Sequence record: PZ338878.1
Reading direction: 5' to 3' (one strand)
Source of the DNA: a phage
DNA: 64,000 bases
The notes under the pieces: generated by a model
What the model saw: the letters and a program-made list of their open reading frames with translations, nothing else
Database searches by the model: none
Told to the model about the DNA's origin: nothing
Part shown: piece after piece, positions 46,295 to 54,701 of the stretch
How positions within the stretch are numbered: position 1 is the first letter of the stretch
Layout: the number at the start of each line of letters is the position of its first letter
Translations under genes and position numbers: made by a program

Positions 46295-47011
46295 TTATTT
46301 CAGTTTGTAAACAATTACATTTAAACCTTTGTTCACTAGAGTTTCTTCGATCATAAGTTTTACAATATTCCAAGAACCTCCAGCCAAACCACAACCAAGC
46401 ATTGGTAAACCTACAATTTTACCGCCTGAAGATACAACATCGTCTCCCATACTATCTAACGCATTGTAGATAGCTTCATAATTCAGGTCACGCTTACCTT
46501 CCTCACGACGACTATAACCATATTGTCCATATAAATTATAAATTGTCAAATTGTTTTCTGTATACTTAGTAAACGTACCTAATTTTTTATAATCACCACG
46601 TTTAGTGGCACAATCTGCTTTAAACGCACCAGGCCACTTGCTTTTAATTTTTGGTGCAATACCACTACCCATAGTGCAAAAACAGTTACAGCAGTGTGCT
46701 ATAGCGTCTATATCGCCTCTCTCTGCTGCTGCTAAAAGATCACCGTATACCTCAATGATACCTGGTGGATAACTTGTTACAATTTCATCTTCCCAGTACA
46801 TTTGCTCTACACCACCGATCAGTGCAAAGTTTTGTGTGATGCGATCATCAATATAATTAAGACCTGAAACATACACAGCATATTCATCCTGTGCTGTAAT
46901 GCCTTGTACACGAATTCTTAAGACACCATCTTTATCTGTTGCTACACGCCCAAAATCTTTTTCTGTAATATTGGTGATAGGATCTCCGAAAGTCGTCACT
47001 TTATTAGACAT
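46295..47011 (-). CDS. macro-domain protein (ADP-ribose binding/processing)
   Basis: ORF-track 46295-47077, start at internal ATG with AAAGGGGA RBS; GDIDAIAHCCNCFCTMGSGIAPKI and LPMLGCGLAGGSW resemble macro-domain motifs. Confidence 0.55.
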   Translation of the reverse strand: MSNKVTTFGDPITNITEKDFGRVATDKDGVLRIRVQGITAQDEYAVYVSGLNYIDDRITQNFALIGGVEQMYWEDEIVTSYPPGIIEVYGDLLAAAERGDIDAIAHCCNCFCTMGSGIAPKIKSKWPGAFKADCATKRGDYKKLGTFTKYTENNLTIYNLYGQYGYSRREEGKRDLNYEAIYNALDSMGDDVVSSGGKIVGLPMLGCGLAGGSWNIVKLMIEETLVNKGLNVIVYKLK

Positions 47012-47073
47012 AATAATCCCCTTTAACATTAGATTTGTTGATAATGTTGCTTTCAAAAAATTGACGCAGGAAA

Positions 47074-47862
47074 TCAAAGTTCTCTTTGTATTTTTTCAAT
47101 ATTATTGTAACCTTCTGCAAGGCAACCAAAGAACAGTTGTTCTACATAATACAAAGGAAGTTGTGAAAGTGCAATTTTAAAATCAACTTCGCTTTGACTC
47201 ATTAGATACTTAATAGGACGAACCAAACATTTAGCATCAGTTTCTTGCTTAATCATTTTAATAAAAGCTGCCAAGTTATTGATATAGTTGAAGTTAAGTG
47301 CAGCTTCGGTGTTGGCTTCTGTACCTTCATACTTTGCAAAGTACAGGAAAAACGTATCGTTTTCAACACCTTCTTTGTCTAAAATTTCAATAAGTTTTTC
47401 TTCGTGTGTTCCTGTAATATTAACATCATCAATGAAAATCAGAGTTTTATTACCCCAGAAATCACGATTGATAGAGAAAGTGTCACCATCGATCAAAGCC
47501 TTACGATCTTCTTTGCTAAGAAATCCATAATCATTGATATAACTCACTTTACGATGAACGATATCCCACTCTACTGCTTTACCTCCTTTGATAGAGATTA
47601 GGTAGTTGAGGTGATCTACAAAATGCTCAGATAACACTGTAGCTGCATTTTTCACATAGTTATATGGAGATGGAATAACAACAAAACTTTCATTTGCCAG
47701 TCGTTCTTCATACTTAGAAAAGAAACTTTCAGCCAAAATGCGCCCCATTCTTTTTGCTGCCTGGTTACTACCAAACTTTAGTTTGGAATAATCTGCAATA
47801 TTAAATTTTGCTTCCTTCAGGTTAGTAAAAGTATTAGCAAAATGTTGAATTTGATTACGCAT
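47074..47862 (-). CDS. phosphoribosyltransferase (PRTase)-like protein
   Basis: PRPP-binding-type motif KTLIFIDDVNITGTHEEK. Confidence 0.6.
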   Translation of the reverse strand: MRNQIQHFANTFTNLKEAKFNIADYSKLKFGSNQAAKRMGRILAESFFSKYEERLANESFVVIPSPYNYVKNAATVLSEHFVDHLNYLISIKGGKAVEWDIVHRKVSYINDYGFLSKEDRKALIDGDTFSINRDFWGNKTLIFIDDVNITGTHEEKLIEILDKEGVENDTFFLYFAKYEGTEANTEAALNFNYINNLAAFIKMIKQETDAKCLVRPIKYLMSQSEVDFKIALSQLPLYYVEQLFFGCLAEGYNNIEKIQREL

Positions 47863-48511
47863 TAATAAGTTCCTCTTTTTTAAGTTTAGCCAACAAGTCT
47901 TCTGGATTAATAATATGACAGAACTTCATCCCTATGTCAACAGCTTTTCCATCATAAATCAAACTATCTCCAACGTGTAAAATCTCCTCTGGTGCGAGAT
48001 CAAACGTTACCATTTCATCAAAAGAGAGTTTAAAAAACCTAGGATCTGGTTTACACAAGCAAAACTCATCAGAAAAATGCATAAAGTCAAATGGTAATTT
48101 TGTTAAGCCAGAATATACAGCTAAGAAACTACCTGGTACAAAATTAGTATTGCTCTTAATACTCAAAGAATAGATTGAACTCAGCTCTTCCAATTTCTTG
48201 CAAAGCTCAGGGTTCAATATTGGAGGATGTTTTATAAACATTGCTAAACAGTCTCTTTTTAACCCATCCACTTTATCAAGATCAATGTTCAAACGAGTAG
48301 AAAGTGTTTCCCAAGCATTCCTAGACGTTCCACAAATGCCTTTTTCTGCTTTTAAATCCAGGAGAGTTTTTACCTCTTTATATACGGTAGCTGCTTCTGC
48401 CTCAGAACAAGAGGCATACTCGGCAATAACCTTGTTGCGTTCTTCTGCATACAAAGGATTAGCAGTAATAAGAGTATTCCATACATCAAAAGAAATATGC
48501 TTAACAGTCAT
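47855..48511 (-). CDS. HAD-superfamily hydrolase-like protein
   Basis: ORF-track 47855-48529, start at ATG 48511 after GGAGG; motif I-like FDVWNTL, motif III K in CKPDPRFF, motif IV HVGDSLIYD. Confidence 0.5.
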   Translation of the reverse strand: MTVKHISFDVWNTLITANPLYAEERNKVIAEYASCSEAEAATVYKEVKTLLDLKAEKGICGTSRNAWETLSTRLNIDLDKVDGLKRDCLAMFIKHPPILNPELCKKLEELSSIYSLSIKSNTNFVPGSFLAVYSGLTKLPFDFMHFSDEFCLCKPDPRFFKLSFDEMVTFDLAPEEILHVGDSLIYDGKAVDIGMKFCHIINPEDLLAKLKKEELINA

Positions 48512-48513
48512 TT

Positions 48514-48669
48514 TTAATCCTCCGTCCAAAAGAATATCATCTGCTTAATTTTATTGATCTCTTGATGTAGTAACTTTCCAGCATGTGATTGATCTTTAAT
48601 ATTGACAGCAAGAATTTCAAGCTCCGTTAGTTTTTCCTGAATAGCTTTATATTCATCATCTGTAAGCAT
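48514..48669 (-). CDS. small helical protein (about 51 aa)
   Basis: Unlisted short ORF (MLTDDEYKAIQEKLTELEILAVNIKDQ...) with purine-rich RBS, filling the gap between the 48681 ORF and the HAD gene. Confidence 0.25.
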   Translation of the reverse strand: MLTDDEYKAIQEKLTELEILAVNIKDQSHAGKLLHQEINKIKQMIFFWTED

Positions 48670-48680
48670 TTTCTTCCCCT

Positions 48681-48884
48681 TTAGAATGGTAATCTTTGTA
48701 TGTCACTTATCCCCACACCCAGAAGTCTAGCAATATCCTTATCTAAAAGCAACTCTTTTTGTTCTAAAATGTTAATCAAATCTCCTAATACTTCTTTAAT
48801 GTCACGATCATTTTTAGCAACGTGACCACCTGCGGTATCAACTTTATCTTTAAAAACAAAATAATGATCCATAATACCCTCCAT
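48681..48884 (-). CDS. hypothetical protein
   Basis: 67 aa; possible start at internal Met after GGAGGG. Confidence 0.4.
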   Translation of the reverse strand: MEGIMDHYFVFKDKVDTAGGHVAKNDRDIKEVLGDLINILEQKELLLDKDIARLLGVGISDIQRLPF

Positions 48885-48912
48885 ATAAATAAAGGAGGCT
48901 TTCGCCTCCTTT
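48880..48912 (-). terminator. rho-independent terminator downstream of the ATPase gene
   Basis: AAAGGAGGC-TTTC-GCCTCCTTT followed on the minus strand by TTTATTTAT. Confidence 0.6.
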
Positions 48913-48918
48913 TATCAC

Positions 48919-50079
48919 TTAGTAAGAACGACCACCAAACACATACTCTGTGTAGTTTTTACGTTCTTTGTTTTTAATAACAACTTCAATGTTGTTACCT
49001 TTATCATCGGTGAACATAAAGTGATAACCGTCACCACCCATTGTACGAATGTGTTTTTCATCATACGTTAGCAAGATACGGTCTACACCCCAGTAGTAGT
49101 CACCTTCTTCATCTTTATCTTCTACGGTAACAATCCCTTCCATTTCAGGAAGATGCTCTTCTCCTGACTTATGATCTACAGCTACAACATAACGATTACC
49201 GCTAAACAAACCTTGTGCTGTCATACCGTCAATATCGGTATCTGACGAAACATCTGCTGTACGATCTACACCATTAACTTTCAGAAGTTTAACTTCTTTT
49301 GCAGCATAGCGGTGTTCAGTAATACTGATACCCATTAATGCAAGTGCATCAGAGAATTTGTCATTAGGATAACGGTTAAGTTCTTCTACTAATGATTGAA
49401 CAATATCAAAGTTCAAATCCACGGAGAGATTATAAAGCGTTTCAAAATCTGGTAAGAAGGCTTTGTTCTCCAGATTTTTAGCCAGATAATCATCCATAGT
49501 AGCTTTAGGTAGTTTCTTATAGCTAAAACTGTAGAAAATACGGCTAGGACGATTACGCAAAAATTCTGATACATAACCATCATTTTTAGTCAATACAAAC
49601 AGCTTGTCATAACCACCAACACCATCCAGCAGGGTAAGCAAACCATCTTGTGCATCTTTTTCAGCATACAGTTTATCAAATTCATCGATCATAATCATCA
49701 CAGGTTGTGTGATTTTAGACATAAAGTTGATAAAGCCTTCACCATTAAAAGCACTACCGATAGAAATAGTAGGAATACCCATTTCACGAAGAGCAGAAGA
49801 CAGCATTTTAGCTTGCAAAGTTTTACCGCTACCTTTCGTACCCTCAAGGAGAACACCTGTGTTTTTACCTTTGCGGCTAAGGAACGTCTTGATAATACGT
49901 TCTGATTTATCATCAGTATCACCGTATGTTACTGAAGGTACTTCCATATCATTTTTAGGATACAGGAAGAACTCACCACTTTGAGTAACACCTACACCAA
50001 AAGTTCCTGCTGGAATTTCTTCAATATCTGTACCAGACTTCTGACGCAGGAAGATTTGATTGCCGAATACTGTAAACAT
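48919..50079 (-). CDS. P-loop NTPase, AAA-like ATPase
   Basis: Walker A GVLLEGTKGSGKT, Walker B VMIMIDEFD, sensor-1-like FVLTKND, Arg-rich RNRPSR; extra N- and C-terminal regions. Confidence 0.6.
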   Translation of the reverse strand: MFTVFGNQIFLRQKSGTDIEEIPAGTFGVGVTQSGEFFLYPKNDMEVPSVTYGDTDDKSERIIKTFLSRKGKNTGVLLEGTKGSGKTLQAKMLSSALREMGIPTISIGSAFNGEGFINFMSKITQPVMIMIDEFDKLYAEKDAQDGLLTLLDGVGGYDKLFVLTKNDGYVSEFLRNRPSRIFYSFSYKKLPKATMDDYLAKNLENKAFLPDFETLYNLSVDLNFDIVQSLVEELNRYPNDKFSDALALMGISITEHRYAAKEVKLLKVNGVDRTADVSSDTDIDGMTAQGLFSGNRYVVAVDHKSGEEHLPEMEGIVTVEDKDEEGDYYWGVDRILLTYDEKHIRTMGGDGYHFMFTDDKGNNIEVVIKNKERKNYTEYVFGGRSY

Positions 50080-50099
50080 AGTTTTCTCCTCTATTTAAT

Positions 50100-50570
50100 T
50101 TAGTCAGATTCCCAAATGTTGTCTTTCTTAACCCACATTCGTTGATTATCTGAACCTCTATAACGTTTCGTTGTTGGTTGATTCATATCATACTTACCAT
50201 CTATCACTATGTCAACCAGTTTTTTAATTTTTTCTGGAATTTCTTCAAAAAGATATCCTGTATATAAGACAATATCTTTTTTGTTTCCAAAACAATCTCT
50301 TACCTTCTCAAGAACATACTCTACAGTGTCAATGTTCTCTTTGTCAAGAGGTTCACCACCTAAAACTGTTAATCCTTTAATGAAAGGTCGAGATAAATCT
50401 TCCAAGATAAGATCTAATGTTTCAACAGTGAACTCTTGTCCGTAATTATACGACCAGGCTTTCTGGTTAAAGCAGCCACGGCAACCGTGGCTACAACCGC
50501 TCACCCACAAAGAGCATCTTACACCGTCACCGTTGAGCATGTCAACAGGTTCATATCCGGCGTAATTCAA
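50100..50570 (-). CDS. nrdG: anaerobic ribonucleotide reductase activating protein
   Basis: Radical-SAM cysteine cluster CSLWVSGCSHGCRGCFN; overlaps nrdD stop. Confidence 0.8.
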   Translation of the reverse strand: MNYAGYEPVDMLNGDGVRCSLWVSGCSHGCRGCFNQKAWSYNYGQEFTVETLDLILEDLSRPFIKGLTVLGGEPLDKENIDTVEYVLEKVRDCFGNKKDIVLYTGYLFEEIPEKIKKLVDIVIDGKYDMNQPTTKRYRGSDNQRMWVKKDNIWESD

Positions 50571-52366
50571 AAATGTTTCTCCCTTTCTAGTACCTCTTGC
50601 ATTTTACCTTTGTTATAAGGGCGAGAGTTAGGGGCAGAAAGGTATCCTGACACTCTTCTGATCACAGATATGGATTCTTCTTCATGATTACCGCAACTTG
50701 GACACTCGAAGCCTTTAGCCGTTGCTTTAAATTCACCATGAAAACCACATTTGAAACACTGATCTACAGGTTGGTTCACGCCAAAATAAGGAATTTTATT
50801 GTAGGCATAATCTACAAGAGTTTCCAGTGCTTGCAAGTTATTTTTAAGGTTTGGTGTTTCTACATAACCTATGTTCCCACCATTACTAATTTGTGCAAAA
50901 CCTTCCTCATAATCCCATTTTTGGAACGGGGTAGTGTGCATCCATACAGGTTGATGGAAAGAGTTTGTCAAGTAGTCACGATCAATAGAACCAGGATAGC
51001 GATCATTTAATGCTTTGGCAAATTTATAGCACAAGGATTCTGCTGGTGTTCCATACAAACTAAAAGCTAAACCAGAACGTTCTTTAAATGTGCAACAGAT
51101 ATCCTTCATATATTGAAGGATGTTTTTACCCATTGCTTTTGGATTGGTGTTATTTGGGTATAAAATCTCCATAGCTTCTGCTAAACCTACATAACCGATA
51201 CTAATAGAGGCATAGCCACCTTCAAATAGTTTACCAATCTCTTCATTAGCTTCTAATCGAGCTAAAGCCCCTTCCATAAACAATGTAGGGTTTTGAGATG
51301 CTTTGGTATGTCTAATACGGTTAACACGTAGCATATGTGCCTTATACGCCATCTCCATATGTTGTTCCAACAGTTCAGTAAATAAGATGCCCTTTTCACG
51401 GGACTCTGCTGCAATGATAGGTAAGTTTAAAGAAACTACGCCTAAGTTGAAACGACCATCATATTTTTCACCTTGCTCTGTTGCATAGTATGACAAGAAA
51501 CTACGGCAACCCATGCTTGTGACGCGACCATCTGAAGATCCTGTAACTTCTTTGTTTAAAGGTACAGAGATAAAATCAGGATAAATGCGTTCAGCACAAC
51601 ACTCCATTGCCAGTTGCTTCAAATCATAGTTTGGATCACCAGCTTTCATGTTAACACCATCTTCCAAGAAGAAGATAACTTTAGGAAACACAGGAGTTAC
51701 CCTATCTTTTCCTAATCCTTGTTTGTGCACCATTAGGTAGTTTTTAGTGATCATTCTACCAAAAGCAGAGGTATCCAAACCTAAACTAATTGTTATAAAA
51801 GGTGACTGACCATTTACACTCATTAGGGTGTTCACCTGGTAGATTAAAGTTTGCATTGCATCATAGACCTGTTTATCTACCATACGCATAGCAATATCAT
51901 AATCGCCAACATCGGCATATATTTTATTAAAACTTGCTTTAACGTATTGACTAAGCCCAGTATCAATATGTGCACAAGTTTGTCCACCATATTGGCTAGA
52001 AGCTACTGCTTGAATAATTTGAGTTAGAACAGTAGTTGCTACACCGATAGATTTTGGTTTTTCAATATGTGCATTACCAATACGGAAACCGTTCTCAAGC
52101 ATATCTTGGTAATTTACCAGGCAACAATTAGTTAAAGGTGAGAGTAAATAATCTAAATCGTGAATGTGACCATACCCGCTTTTATGCCATTCTGCTAGAT
52201 CTTCCGGTAAAATATGGGTCATTGCCATGTGCTTGCTCAGGATACCTGCTAGTAAGTCTCGGTGAGTATTAACAATCATTGCAGGTTTGTTTGCATTTTC
52301 ACGAGTAAATTCTTCGGATGTTTGTTCGAGGAATCCGATTACATCCTCATATAGTTTTTGGGTCAT
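50567..52366 (-). CDS. nrdD: anaerobic ribonucleoside-triphosphate reductase
   Basis: ORF-track 50567-52396, start at ATG 52366 after GGAGG; C-terminal Zn ribbon CFKCGF...CPSCGN and glycyl-radical-type RVSGYL. Confidence 0.85.
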   Translation of the reverse strand: MTQKLYEDVIGFLEQTSEEFTRENANKPAMIVNTHRDLLAGILSKHMAMTHILPEDLAEWHKSGYGHIHDLDYLLSPLTNCCLVNYQDMLENGFRIGNAHIEKPKSIGVATTVLTQIIQAVASSQYGGQTCAHIDTGLSQYVKASFNKIYADVGDYDIAMRMVDKQVYDAMQTLIYQVNTLMSVNGQSPFITISLGLDTSAFGRMITKNYLMVHKQGLGKDRVTPVFPKVIFFLEDGVNMKAGDPNYDLKQLAMECCAERIYPDFISVPLNKEVTGSSDGRVTSMGCRSFLSYYATEQGEKYDGRFNLGVVSLNLPIIAAESREKGILFTELLEQHMEMAYKAHMLRVNRIRHTKASQNPTLFMEGALARLEANEEIGKLFEGGYASISIGYVGLAEAMEILYPNNTNPKAMGKNILQYMKDICCTFKERSGLAFSLYGTPAESLCYKFAKALNDRYPGSIDRDYLTNSFHQPVWMHTTPFQKWDYEEGFAQISNGGNIGYVETPNLKNNLQALETLVDYAYNKIPYFGVNQPVDQCFKCGFHGEFKATAKGFECPSCGNHEEESISVIRRVSGYLSAPNSRPYNKGKMQEVLEREKHF

Positions 52367-52379
52367 TAATCCTCCGTGG

Positions 52380-52410
52380 AAAATAAAAGCCAGCATTAAG
52401 CTGGCTTTAG
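52380..52410 (-). terminator. terminator-like hairpin upstream of nrdD
   Basis: GCCAGC-ATTAA-GCTGGC stem-loop with flanking A/T tracts, between the 52456 gene and nrdD. Confidence 0.5.
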
Positions 52411-52455
52411 GGTGGATCTTTATTTTAAATCTTTTTCGTAAGATTGTCCTTGATC

Positions 52456-53406
52456 TTAGTCAAGGTTTTTGGTAATACGTGTACAACCATCAGAAGTCAA
52501 ACCGTCAACTTGAGTTTCCCAAGTACCATGAATATTTCGGAACAATGTTGTTACACCTTTTGGTTCATTAATAATGATTGCCATAACAAGTTTAGGATCG
52601 ATAACAGACATAATCTTTTCCTCAATACCCTCTGTAATAACATTATTGCGCACAATATTAATTGCATCTTCTTGTACAGTAAGAACACTTACGTTCTTAA
52701 GAGTATATACCTGCTGTGTAGTGTAAATGATACGAACATAACTTACAGAACGAGTAGGCACAGGTTTACGCGGTCGGCGAAAACGTGGTTTTGGTGAAGA
52801 TTCAGTTTTACTTTCATCTTTTGAATAATACTCCTCAAACAGTTTAGTAAATGTTTTTACATCAACTACAAACCGATCTTTCCGATATGGAGAATTCTTA
52901 TGTGCACCATTAATACCACTGTTTTCATCGAAGAAAGTAATGTTTTCTTCAGTTGAATACATTAGATAATGATCTGCATTTTTCCAATGTGGTTGTGGAC
53001 AACGAGGATTACAAACTGAAAGCAGATAACTAATATCTTCTTCCGTGGCATCAGTATCCAGGAAACACGTATTATGCACAGTCAGTTGTACTTTTTCAGC
53101 CATATCTTTTTCTTTATCCTCATTAGCAAGATATTCAGTACGAATAATTTCCAGAAAACCTTCAGGTGTTACTTCCATAAATGTATATTCAGGATGAAGT
53201 TCCATATATTCAAATCCACAACCATCTAACTGCTGTAGAAAGTTAGGGTAGAAGAACAAATCATTAACACTGTGAATCAGATCATTGATTTCTGCTTCAG
53301 TTGTGTAGCCAAAACTCTTGTGAATTGCTTCGTTAAGAATATGCAGGATACCCATCTCTTCTGCTGCTTTTTTAACTTCCAGTTTATTAGCGTAAAATGC
53401 AATCAT
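52456..53406 (-). CDS. hypothetical protein
   Basis: 316 aa; basic patch PKPRFRRPRKPVPTR. Confidence 0.5.
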   Translation of the reverse strand: MIAFYANKLEVKKAAEEMGILHILNEAIHKSFGYTTEAEINDLIHSVNDLFFYPNFLQQLDGCGFEYMELHPEYTFMEVTPEGFLEIIRTEYLANEDKEKDMAEKVQLTVHNTCFLDTDATEEDISYLLSVCNPRCPQPHWKNADHYLMYSTEENITFFDENSGINGAHKNSPYRKDRFVVDVKTFTKLFEEYYSKDESKTESSPKPRFRRPRKPVPTRSVSYVRIIYTTQQVYTLKNVSVLTVQEDAINIVRNNVITEGIEEKIMSVIDPKLVMAIIINEPKGVTTLFRNIHGTWETQVDGLTSDGCTRITKNLD

Positions 53407-53423
53407 TATGTTCTCCTTCTAAA

Positions 53424-53858
53424 TTAGTTTAAAATTTCTTTTGCAATGGTAGAAGCAAGTTTTCCATCATATTGATTCGGATACTCTGCTTTAAGGTGTT
53501 TCATCATATCTGGCATTTTCTTGCCTGTCAAGGCAAATTCTTCAGCAATAGCTCGAAGATCATCTTCAGATAGCATTTCTGGTAAATATTTTTCCAGAGT
53601 GGTGATATCACGCATAGCTCGCTCACACTTGCTAAGGGAAGCATTAACTTTCTTAAGTGAGTCTAGTTCCTCTTTAGCGTGTGCAATACCAATCTTAACA
53701 ATGTTAATCATAATATCGTCTTCTGATTTGTTTAGATTTGCCTTTTGAGTACGAGCAAGGTCAAACTCACCAATAATATTAGTTAACAAAGCAAAAGCAC
53801 CCTTATCGGTTGTACGTGCTAAGATACGATCTGCTTTCATTTGTGTCACAATAGACAT
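53424..53858 (-). CDS. GatB/YqeY-domain protein
   Basis: 144 aa; LEKYLPEMLSEDDLRAIAEEFALTGKKMPDMMKHLKAEYPNQYDGKLASTIAKEILN closely follows YqeY-type architecture. Confidence 0.65.
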   Translation of the reverse strand: MSIVTQMKADRILARTTDKGAFALLTNIIGEFDLARTQKANLNKSEDDIMINIVKIGIAHAKEELDSLKKVNASLSKCERAMRDITTLEKYLPEMLSEDDLRAIAEEFALTGKKMPDMMKHLKAEYPNQYDGKLASTIAKEILN

Positions 53859-53870
53859 TCTATTCTCCTC

Positions 53871-54443
53871 TTATTTGCTAATGCTTTGAATTTTATTTAC
53901 AACACGGTTTATTGCCAGTGAAGCCCTAGGCTCTGCAATACCTGTTGCATAGATATAAGGATGACCTTTTGGAGACTCCCTCATACCGAATGAACCTAAT
54001 TCTAAACCATATTCATCCTCTACGTCAACCCCAATATTAGTGGGTACTAAATATGTTTTAACTCCATAATAAGTAGAGAAGAAACAGCGCATAGCGTTAG
54101 CATACTCTTCAATTGTAGCATCAGGGTAGAACTCAATCAACTCCAATTTCAAGAAAATATTAAAATGAGTATCATCTAAATTTTCTTCTGTACGGTAACA
54201 TGGTGTTAGTGCCATATACGGATTACCTGCTGCAAATTCAAAACCATCCTTCTCCATTTGCAGGAAAGATTGTTCTGCACTAGCTACATAGTATTTACCG
54301 TTAGGATGCCCTAATGGGCGATCCTCTTTATTTTCTGGTAATGTGTACGCCAGTATATCAGCATCCACGAGATATGGAACTTCTAACATTTGTGCAAATC
54401 GACCATAGTAATCAATAGCTTGAGCTATTACTGCAACATTCAT
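53871..54443 (-). CDS. hypothetical protein, possibly class II aminoacyl-tRNA-synthetase-like core
   Basis: MALTPCYRTEEN...FLKLELIEF weakly resembles class II aaRS motif 2; only 190 aa. Confidence 0.35.
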   Translation of the reverse strand: MNVAVIAQAIDYYGRFAQMLEVPYLVDADILAYTLPENKEDRPLGHPNGKYYVASAEQSFLQMEKDGFEFAAGNPYMALTPCYRTEENLDDTHFNIFLKLELIEFYPDATIEEYANAMRCFFSTYYGVKTYLVPTNIGVDVEDEYGLELGSFGMRESPKGHPYIYATGIAEPRASLAINRVVNKIQSISK

Positions 54444-54691
54444 GATCGACCTCCGCTGCGGAATGCACGTTTAGTAATGTTTGACATAGTGATCAAATCT
54501 TGAAGCGTCATATCAGGAAAATGCTGTTCAAGAACACCTTCAACAGCGCCTACAATATCTGATAACTCAATAAGTTGCATCAGCTTGCAATCTTGATCAA
54601 TAGCATCTTGAAGTTCATAAAGCTCTTCTTGAATCTTAGCAACAGAACCATATTCCTCTTTACTAATCTCCTTCAAATGATACCCTGCCAC
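54440..54691 (-). CDS. MazG-like nucleotide pyrophosphohydrolase (small all-alpha)
   Basis: EELYELQDAI and ELSDIVGAVEGVLEQ resemble MazG/HisE-type motifs. Confidence 0.45.
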   Translation of the reverse strand: MAGYHLKEISKEEYGSVAKIQEELYELQDAIDQDCKLMQLIELSDIVGAVEGVLEQHFPDMTLQDLITMSNITKRAFRSGGRS

Positions 54692-54701
54692 TTTAACCCC
54701 C

